DNA of 32,000 bases, taken from contig JAPZAR010000030.1 in the NCBI GenBank assembly GCA_027460535.1, positions 60,001 through 92,000 of the forward strand, given 5' to 3'. A model generated the notes under the pieces. That model did not search any database. It was not told the DNA's origin and saw only the letters and a list, made by a program, of their open reading frames with translations. Positions 25,488-32,000 of this stretch are shown here, piece after piece. Origin of the DNA: Candidatus Methanoperedens sp. GTDB taxonomy: Archaea > Halobacteriota > Methanosarcinia > Methanosarcinales > Methanoperedenaceae. Position numbers and translations under genes: made by a program. Each line of letters starts with the position of its first letter. The stretch's first letter is position 1.

Positions 25488-25739
25488 TTAGCTTTTTTCC
25501 ACCGCTATTATCAATGCAATCAGCCCGAGTATATCGAAAATATTTGCAAGTAATCTGTCCATCCTAACGTCATTAATATAGTAAATGGCAGAAAATAGAT
25601 TTCCTACTGCTATCAGGGAAAATCCCAAGGCGAGGTAAAACATGGCACTTGCTTTTGTTTTCAAAAATGCTCGGAATGATAAGATCATTAGAATTAAACC
25701 CAATAGAAATCGAATGGCGATGATTAAGTATGGCGTCAT
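25488..25739 (-). CDS. Small three-helix membrane protein
   Basis: 83 aa with three hydrophobic segments. It lies immediately upstream of the wHTH gene on the same strand. Confidence 0.5.
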   Translation of the reverse strand: MTPYLIIAIRFLLGLILMILSFRAFLKTKASAMFYLALGFSLIAVGNLFSAIYYINDVRMDRLLANIFDILGLIALIIAVEKS

Positions 25740-25864
25740 AGTTTTCCAGGAATGCCTGATTCCAATTCCGTATTTAGTATAAAGTATTGATCTTAGTTAA
25801 TGATTTCTATGATTCTCAGAAAATGAGAATGGAACATGTATTTTTTAGTTCACTGTGACATGAA

Positions 25865-26188
25865 ATGCAAAAAGAGATTATTATGGCAAATAAATTTGTA
25901 TTATCGATCGCTTTAATTATTGCAGCGGCTTTAATATCAGTAAATATCTTCCATAAAAATATAGAAAGCCCTCAAAGTGATCAGACCACAGGTCCGGATT
26001 TAATGGCCAAAACCAATACACCTCCGGGATTTACCTATTTGGGCATACATGAATTGTCAATTCAAACTGGAAATAAAGAAGTCGGCCCTTTGTTTTCTAC
26101 CGATGAAAGTATATACTCTGCCACCCTATTTGATATTGATAGAAGCAAGGTAATATATAAAAGGGGAGATAATGAAGCGGTTGGATGA
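25865..26188 (+). CDS. Small membrane-anchored protein (single N-terminal TM)
   Basis: ANKFVLSIALIIAAALISVNIF forms the anchor, followed by a soluble region of about 70 aa. It is the first gene of the rightward ABC cluster. The start may instead be at 25883. Confidence 0.4.
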   Translation: MQKEIIMANKFVLSIALIIAAALISVNIFHKNIESPQSDQTTGPDLMAKTNTPPGFTYLGIHELSIQTGNKEVGPLFSTDESIYSATLFDIDRSKVIYKRGDNEAVG

Positions 26189-26242
26189 AGAACACCAAAA
26201 GCCCGACCTATGGGCACATAAACCGTTTTTTAGGGTGACCTA

Positions 26243-26920
26243 ATGGAAACTATAATAGAATTGCAAGACGTCTGGAAAATTTACCGCATGGGAGAAGTTG
26301 AGGTAACTGCGCTTTCCGGGATAAACCTTGCAATCAAAAGAGGCGAAGCAGTTGCAATAACAGGACCAAGCGGATGCGGCAAATCAACGATGTTAAACAT
26401 GATAGGCTGCCTGGATATGCCTACCCGGGGAAAAGTTTTGCTTGAAAAAAGGGACATATCGGAATTCAAGAGGGATGAACTTGCCCGCATAAGAGGCAAG
26501 AAAATCGGATTTGTATTCCAGACTTTTAACCTGTATCCTACACTGACAGCTCTTGAGAACATCCGGCTCCCCATGAGAATTCATGAGTTCTCTGAAAGAG
26601 AGGTAGAAGAGATATCGCAAAACCTTCTGGCTACTGTCGGATTGGTGGATCGCGGATATCATTTCCCTGCCCAGCTATCGGGCGGGCAGCAGCAGAGAGT
26701 GGCAATAGCTCGTGCTCTCTCTACAGGTCCTTCTATCCTCCTGGCTGATGAGCCTACAGGGAATCTTGACACAAAGGCAGGCAGTGAAATTATGGAGGTA
26801 TTCAAACGCTTGAACAGCGAAGGGTTGACCATGGTGATGATAACTCACGACCCGAGAATAGCGGGATATGCAGGAAGAGTTGTGAAAATGCTGGATGGGA
26901 AAATAGTAGGTGAAGCATGA
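26243..26920 (+). CDS. ABC transporter ATP-binding protein, MacB/LolD/FtsE-type
   Basis: Walker [10 protein letters not shown], signature [15 protein letters not shown], Walker [13 protein letters not shown] and H-loop ITHD. GGGTGA lies upstream of the ATG. Confidence 0.92.
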   Translation: METIIELQDVWKIYRMGEVEVTALSGINLAIKRGEAVAITGPSGCGKSTMLNMIGCLDMPTRGKVLLEKRDISEFKRDELARIRGKKIGFVFQTFNLYPTLTALENIRLPMRIHEFSEREVEEISQNLLATVGLVDRGYHFPAQLSGGQQQRVAIARALSTGPSILLADEPTGNLDTKAGSEIMEVFKRLNSEGLTMVMITHDPRIAGYAGRVVKMLDGKIVGEA

Positions 26921-28110
26921 GAAGAATAAATTTGATTTTGTTGACTATGTTAGCATTATTGCTGGTACATGTTGCATCTGCCGCCTCTGAGTTTCTTGTA
27001 ACTGACACGGCGCCGGTTTATCCGGGGGATACGACCTACATATACGTGCCTGTACAGAACCTTGGATTTGGCAACTTTTTGACAGATGTAACAGTCAGGC
27101 TAGTACCCAAGGACAATGCCTCAGCAAATGCCGTGAGCTTGCTGGACGATATAGCTTATCTGGGAACTATCGATAAATGGGGGGATCAGAGAACTGCCAG
27201 GTTCAGGATCCATGTAAACCCTGATTCGAAGGAAGGAAATTATCTTTTCGACGTCTATATTACTTCAACGGGGCAGCTGACCAGCGCCGCTACTCAACCG
27301 ACCCCGGTAACCACAAAGCTTGAGGATCAGATATTAACCATTAAGGGAAAGCCCGTATTAGTTCTGCTAAATTCAACGCTCGGTTTTGTTGAACCGATGA
27401 GCATTAATAGCGAAACACTGCTGCTCAAGAATACAGGCACAGGTACTGTCCAGAATGTTGTGGGTGAATTAGATGTTTCCGGCTCATCTTTTTCAATTTT
27501 GGGAGGAGGAACAAAATTTTCACTCGGCAACCTCAAGCCCGGGGACGAAGCCAGTATTACGTTCGACCTTGCTGTTGACATTGCCGCACGTCCGGGGGTG
27601 TATAATCTGCCTTTGACATTTACAGGCCTGGACAATTTTTCATCCAGTGATTTCGTAGGGCTGGTTGTCGCAGGAACAACTGATTTTGAGATAAGTTACC
27701 AGGTGACTCTGGGCTCATTTTCGCTCAATGTTGCCAATGTGGGGATAAATCCCGCAAGTGCCGTGACCGTCAGCATACCGAACCAAAAGAACTTCACTTC
27801 GACGGGGAGCAGTTCTGCCGTGCTTGGGAATTTAAATCCGGGTGATTACACATCCGCAATATTCCAGATCTCGAAAAAGCCAGGAGCAGGAAACAACCTC
27901 GATGTAGTGATTCAGTACACCGACACCAGTGGAGTAAGACATGCCATTACAAAAAATCTTGCTGCGGATTTGGCATCGACCCAGGCAGGGACAAGAGCAC
28001 AGAGCAGCACAAATTATACCACATGGCTGCTGGCGGCTGTTATTATAGTGGTATTATACTGGCAGCGAAGAAAAATAACTTCCTATTTCCGGAAACCAAA
28101 AGGAGGATAG
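26917..28110 (+). CDS. Secreted, C-terminally anchored COG1361/CARDB-like beta-sandwich repeat protein
   Basis: Signal peptide [24 protein letters not shown] and about three repeat units with the GxY(N)L.L...Y.D pattern (EGNYLFDVYITS, PGVYNLPLTFTG, NNLDVVIQYTDTSG). The C-terminal TM is WLLAAVIIVVLYWQRRK. Its ATGA start overlaps the ATPase gene. Confidence 0.65.
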   Translation: MRRINLILLTMLALLLVHVASAASEFLVTDTAPVYPGDTTYIYVPVQNLGFGNFLTDVTVRLVPKDNASANAVSLLDDIAYLGTIDKWGDQRTARFRIHVNPDSKEGNYLFDVYITSTGQLTSAATQPTPVTTKLEDQILTIKGKPVLVLLNSTLGFVEPMSINSETLLLKNTGTGTVQNVVGELDVSGSSFSILGGGTKFSLGNLKPGDEASITFDLAVDIAARPGVYNLPLTFTGLDNFSSSDFVGLVVAGTTDFEISYQVTLGSFSLNVANVGINPASAVTVSIPNQKNFTSTGSSSAVLGNLNPGDYTSAIFQISKKPGAGNNLDVVIQYTDTSGVRHAITKNLAADLASTQAGTRAQSSTNYTTWLLAAVIIVVLYWQRRKITSYFRKPKGG

Positions 28111-28173
28111 ATGCCCCATATGGAGATCCCGTATAGAATCCCGCGTTTTAATACGGATACCAATAGGGATTAA

Positions 28174-28328
28174 TATGCGGACCTGGGGATGATGAACGCA
28201 ATTGTCACGCCACAGCTTATAATATTTGCACTTGTATTCTCCGTGTTCGTGGGCGTGATCTCAGGTGTTGTGCCTGCTGGACGGCGGCAAAGAAGAACCC
28301 TGTGGATGCACTGCGGTTTGAACAATGA
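28174..28328 (+). pseudogene. Remnant of a MacB/FtsX-type ABC permease (last TM helix only, frameshifted)
   Basis: One frame gives ...MMNAIVTPQLIIFALVFSVFVGVISGVVPA. The adjacent frame continues WTAAKKNPVDALRFEQ* (stop at 28326-28328). Restoring one base at about 28278 yields the canonical FtsX C-terminus ...SGxxPAWxAAKxNPVDALRxE. Confidence 0.7.
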
Positions 28329-28529
28329 ATATCTGGCTATCTTTTTTCCTTCATAGACACTCTTTCAGAAAAAAGAGAAGGACATAGTATCCTTCTTGAT
28401 AAGAAATGGAGGTTCTGCAACCCAGGCAGACATTCGATATGAAATAGCTTTTTGCCAGCATTGATTGGTCAAACCTGATAATATCATGAAGATATCATAT
28501 TCCACTTTTCGCTCAATTTACATGAGGGA

Positions 28530-28539
28530 TTTATAAAAT
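28530..28539 (+). promoter_or_regulatory. TATA-box-like element upstream of the YqaA-like gene
   Basis: tttataaaat is centred about 30 nt upstream of the ATG at 28565. That spacing would fit an archaeal leaderless or short-leader transcript. Confidence 0.35.
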
Positions 28540-28564
28540 ATTAATGCAAGTATAGGGATAAGAA

Positions 28565-29029
28565 ATGACATTATTCGATTTATTCATATCTTATGGCATG
28601 ATCGGGCTTTTTATCATTAGCATTATTTCATCTATCATACCAATACCTACAGAGCCAGTAGTTTTTGGGCTGCTTGGTATTGGAGGAAATCCTGATCTGA
28701 TATTCATAATTTTGACATCTGGCTCAATACTCGGAGCATCTGCAGGTTATTTTATGGGAAAACATGGACTTACAAAAATTATCCAGTTTCGTAATAAGGA
28801 AAACGACAGAAAGATACAGATGTATTTTCATAGGCATGGTGCATTGCTCCTTTTAATTTCACCATGGATTCCTCTTGTGGTTGACCTTGCTCCTATTGCG
28901 GCTGGAATAGAAAACTATGACTCAAAACGGTTCTTGATCGTGATTTCAATTGCAAATATTATTAAGAGCATAGGAATTGTTTTTCTATCTATCAGTATAA
29001 TTAACTGGTGGACGTTATTTATGAAATAA
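28565..29029 (+). CDS. DedA/YqaA-like (SNARE-associated/VTT domain) small membrane protein
   Basis: 154 aa with 4 TM helices. The IPIPTEPVV motif and the GSILGASAGYFMGKHG pattern are typical of the YqaA/DedA family. Confidence 0.65.
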   Translation: MTLFDLFISYGMIGLFIISIISSIIPIPTEPVVFGLLGIGGNPDLIFIILTSGSILGASAGYFMGKHGLTKIIQFRNKENDRKIQMYFHRHGALLLLISPWIPLVVDLAPIAAGIENYDSKRFLIVISIANIIKSIGIVFLSISIINWWTLFMK

Positions 29030-29093
29030 ATATTAAAGAAATATTTCACAAGCTTTTATTTTGTATTAGTCTTAATATAATCGAGAAGGAGAT

Positions 29094-29852
29094 TTGAACT
29101 TATTGGAACCTATTATTGAGGTCAGGGATCTTACCAAGGTTTTCCTCGCAAGAAGGGCGAAGATAACGGCAGTGGATAATGTCAGTTTCGATATATTCAA
29201 AGGCGAGATCTTTGGTATGATAGGGCCCAACGGGGCGGGCAAATCCACCGCATTCGCCATGATGACCACGTTAATAAAACCCACAAGAGGCAGTATAAAA
29301 GTTGCAGGTTTTGATGTTGAAAAAGAGGATGACAGGATAAGAACCTTCATAGGTATAGTTCCCCAGAAACTCAGCCTTTACCCTGACCTTACAGCCAGGG
29401 AGAACCTGGAGCTTATGGGAAACCTTTATGACGTGCCCAGAAAGGTCAAGGAAGAAAGGATTGAGTACTACCTGAAACTGGTCAATCTTGAAACTCATGC
29501 AGAACGTCTTACAGGCGGCTTTTCAGGCGGCATGAAGCAGCGCCTTTCCGTGATCAGTGCAGTGATACACGACCCGCAGATAATCTTCTGGGACGAGCCG
29601 ACCACAGGGCTTGACCCGCAGACAAGACAAGCTATCTGGAAACTTGCCCGGAAATTCAATAAGGAAGGAAAAACTCTTATTTTCACTACACATTATATGG
29701 ACGAGGCAGATAAACTCTGCGACAGGGTCGCGATAATGAATGCAGGTAAACTGATGGCTTTAGATACGCCTGAGAATCTTAAGAAGGCTTCAAATAGCAC
29801 GAGTCTTGAAGAAGTTTTCATTCATCTGACAGGCGAGGAGATACGTGATTGA
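29094..29852 (+). CDS. ABC-2-type transporter ATP-binding protein
   Basis: Walker A GPNGAGKST, signature FSGGMKQRLSV and Walker B IIFWDEPTTGLD. The start is TTG at 29094 or 29103, after AAGGAG. Confidence 0.9.
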   Translation: MNLLEPIIEVRDLTKVFLARRAKITAVDNVSFDIFKGEIFGMIGPNGAGKSTAFAMMTTLIKPTRGSIKVAGFDVEKEDDRIRTFIGIVPQKLSLYPDLTARENLELMGNLYDVPRKVKEERIEYYLKLVNLETHAERLTGGFSGGMKQRLSVISAVIHDPQIIFWDEPTTGLDPQTRQAIWKLARKFNKEGKTLIFTTHYMDEADKLCDRVAIMNAGKLMALDTPENLKKASNSTSLEEVFIHLTGEEIRD

Positions 29853-30966
29853 ATTGGATTTAAAAAAGGAAATCAGGAAATCCTGGATAATTATGATAAA
29901 GGAGTTCAGGCAGATCCTCAGGAAAAAAGCATTCATGATCCCGATGTTCATGTTCCCGATAGTCATGATCGTCTTTTTCGGCTATGGCATGGGCGGCACA
30001 ATCAAAAATGCCGACATTCTCGTTATCAATGATGACATAGGTACAGCTTCAAGTTCCCTTGTCCAGGAAATCGGAAGCTTCATCCCCAAATACGGGGATC
30101 CCAGAATGTTCTCCATAACCTATACGAAGGATATGTCCCAATCCGAGGCTGAGAGAAAAATAGACGGTGGGTTGTATAAAGCCGTCCTCATAATTCCGCC
30201 GGATTATAGTGAACGCGTTGCAAAAAATGAGAACGTGACCCTGACACTGCTGACCGATTCCTCAGACACCACATCAAGCGGCATAATCATTAATTTCATG
30301 AAACAGTTATTTGCAGGAACGTCAGGTTCGCTTGTTTCGTTGAATATTCCTGATATTTACGGAAAGCTGGAGTACATCGACTTTCTCACACCTGCTGTTA
30401 TTGCACTTACAGTATTTTTCGGCACAATTCAGACCATGGGTTATGCGATAGCAGGAGAGCGGCAGGACGGCACTTTGGTTCGTATTATGATGACACCAGT
30501 GAGCCGGGGTGCAATTATTCTCGGCAAAACTCTGCATCAGCTTGTATTGCAGCTTGCCAGGGCTGTGGTACTGATACTCGGCGCAATTGTTCTCCTCGGC
30601 GTCACTATGAATGGAAGTTGGCTCCTCGTGGCTCTGGTGCTTATCATTTTCACTTTTGGCGCGGTAGGTCTTGGAATGGCTATATCTGCCATATCAGAGG
30701 ACATGATCTCTTTTCAGGCGATAAGCATGTTAGTCGCATTTCCTTCCATGTTTGCCACAGGCGTTTTCTATCCTTTGGGCTCAGCTCCCGACTGGATGCG
30801 CTGGATAGCGTATATGGTGCCTCTCACGTATGCTAACGATGCAATGCGTACCATTATGATCAAGGGTCAGGGTCTAGCTTTTATAGCCAATGATTTGATT
30901 ATACTTATTTTCTTTGCGATTCTTTATTTTGCATTAGGTGTCTATCTTTTCAGGAGGGAAGCATAA
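29845..30966 (+). CDS. ABC-2 family permease
   Basis: 373 aa with an N-terminal TM, a large extracytoplasmic loop and a C-terminal bundle of 5 TM helices. Its GTG start overlaps the ATPase stop by 8 nt. Confidence 0.85.
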   Translation: MIELDLKKEIRKSWIIMIKEFRQILRKKAFMIPMFMFPIVMIVFFGYGMGGTIKNADILVINDDIGTASSSLVQEIGSFIPKYGDPRMFSITYTKDMSQSEAERKIDGGLYKAVLIIPPDYSERVAKNENVTLTLLTDSSDTTSSGIIINFMKQLFAGTSGSLVSLNIPDIYGKLEYIDFLTPAVIALTVFFGTIQTMGYAIAGERQDGTLVRIMMTPVSRGAIILGKTLHQLVLQLARAVVLILGAIVLLGVTMNGSWLLVALVLIIFTFGAVGLGMAISAISEDMISFQAISMLVAFPSMFATGVFYPLGSAPDWMRWIAYMVPLTYANDAMRTIMIKGQGLAFIANDLIILIFFAILYFALGVYLFRREA

Positions 30967-31950
30967 ATGAAACAAATTTTGATCACCTTATTTCTATTGG
31001 TTTTGATGTCCGCAGCAGCGGGCGCTGATACCCCCAGCACATATAATGTGCCCAGAAGCTTTGATTTTGGGTCACATTACTATTATACATACGGCAGCCC
31101 GGATATTAATGCTACCATTGTCGGCACCAATGAATTCGATAGGGACCAGACCATTACTCTGCCTATTGATTTAATGAACCGGGGCAAATATTTAGGATTT
31201 GAGAGAGACCATACCCCTACAACAGCTGATGAAATATATGCCGCTCAGACCCAGATAAAGCTTGAAAGCAGGATAGTGGATGCAACCGGCATAGTTGTAG
31301 CGCTCTCAGTTGATCCGAGAGGTCCGCTTGAAGTCATGTCTCCCGCCCAGCAGGTCGGTTCAATAAAGAGCGGAGAGAATACGCTTTCTCCGGTAAAATT
31401 CGATATAAAAATCGCCAAGAAAGCCAAGGCAGGCTTATATAATCTCTACTTAAATCTAACCTATGATTATCAGAAATATGTGCAGATCTCAAATCCCAAT
31501 GCCACTGCGCAAACATACGATGCAAGCTACTGGTACTCGATGATTGGCCAGAACCAGACCCTGAAATTCAAGGTAAAAACGCAGGCGGATTTTGAGGTGG
31601 TGCGAACCACAGGCAGCCTTTATCCCGGAAGGGAAGATGTCGTGCAGATAGCGATTAAAAATACGGGGGAGGAAGAAGCAACGAATGCAAAGGCAATAAT
31701 CAACCCATCAGACCCCCTGAGCACCACGGACGACCAGGCATTCCTCTATACCATAAAGCCCGGTGATACAGTAGTTGCCAGCTATAAAATAAAGGCAGAT
31801 AGCAAGGCTGTGCCCAAGACCTATGGAGTGGACACGGTGATAAGATACGAAAACCTGGATGGAGATACCGTATATTCAACTACTATGCAGGCGCCTGTTG
31901 AGGTGAAGGAGATCGGGCTCTCACAGAGATTATTTGGATGGTTGTATTAA
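30967..31950 (+). CDS. Secreted COG1361/CARDB-like beta-sandwich repeat protein
   Basis: Signal peptide MKQILITLFLLVLMSAAAGA. Repeat signatures are AGLYNLYLNLTYDY and PKTYGVDTVIRYENLDG. The ATG immediately follows the permease stop codon. Confidence 0.65.
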   Translation: MKQILITLFLLVLMSAAAGADTPSTYNVPRSFDFGSHYYYTYGSPDINATIVGTNEFDRDQTITLPIDLMNRGKYLGFERDHTPTTADEIYAAQTQIKLESRIVDATGIVVALSVDPRGPLEVMSPAQQVGSIKSGENTLSPVKFDIKIAKKAKAGLYNLYLNLTYDYQKYVQISNPNATAQTYDASYWYSMIGQNQTLKFKVKTQADFEVVRTTGSLYPGREDVVQIAIKNTGEEEATNAKAIINPSDPLSTTDDQAFLYTIKPGDTVVASYKIKADSKAVPKTYGVDTVIRYENLDGDTVYSTTMQAPVEVKEIGLSQRLFGWLY

Positions 31951-32000
31951 GAGAAATCTTGAGTATTTTCTCGGCCCGGCAAAAAAGATACTTTATTAAA

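Noticed and set aside
1-32000. A search by eye for tRNA/rRNA genes, transposases, and T6SS/T7SS or PAAR/VgrG genes linked to the Rhs protein.
   Set aside because: No T-loop-like GGTTCGAATCC-type motifs occur outside coding sequence. There are no rRNA-like stretches, and no ORF in the track has transposase, PAAR, VgrG or Hcp features.

Overview
The window looks archaeal. Protein families and gene organisation resemble Methanosarcinales/ANME-type genomes, but that taxonomic call is inference only.

- **1-7.2 kb (housekeeping):** the 3' end of tatC, ilvD, an APC-family amino-acid permease, a polytopic membrane protein, and a membrane-anchored wHTH regulator.
- **7.3-10.8 kb (accessory):** three toxin-antitoxin pairs (MntA/HepT, VapB-like/VapC, AbrB-like/PIN). 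They are interleaved with five direct copies of a non-coding repeat element of about 160-350 nt.
- **10,791-24,746 (minus strand):** the repeat array runs directly into the 3' end of one uninterrupted 13,956-nt ORF of 4,651 aa.
  - It encodes a protein with a Sec signal peptide and a long adhesin-like stalk: 10 Big_2 Ig-like domains, 2 DUF2341-like modules, a LamG-like domain split by a 7-repeat propeller-like insert, FN3-like domains, and a 5-blade Asp-box-like propeller.
  - The stalk is followed by a complete RHS/YD-repeat shell whose core ends in DPSGQ.
  - The last 224 aa carry the motif set of LAS/M15 (VanY-like) zinc peptidoglycan peptidases.
  - No immunity-like ORF follows the toxin domain, and no T6SS genes are present.
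- **Upstream of the giant gene, same strand:** a small membrane protein and an ArsR-like wHTH regulator.
- **25.8-32 kb:** two ABC-transporter modules, each paired with a secreted COG1361/CARDB-like beta-sandwich protein. The FtsX-type permease of the first module is reduced to a frameshifted remnant of about 50 codons.

The main candidate for novelty is a Sec-dependent, immunity-less archaeal Rhs toxin that appears to target bacterial murein. It sits next to a repeat-delimited array of TA cassettes.
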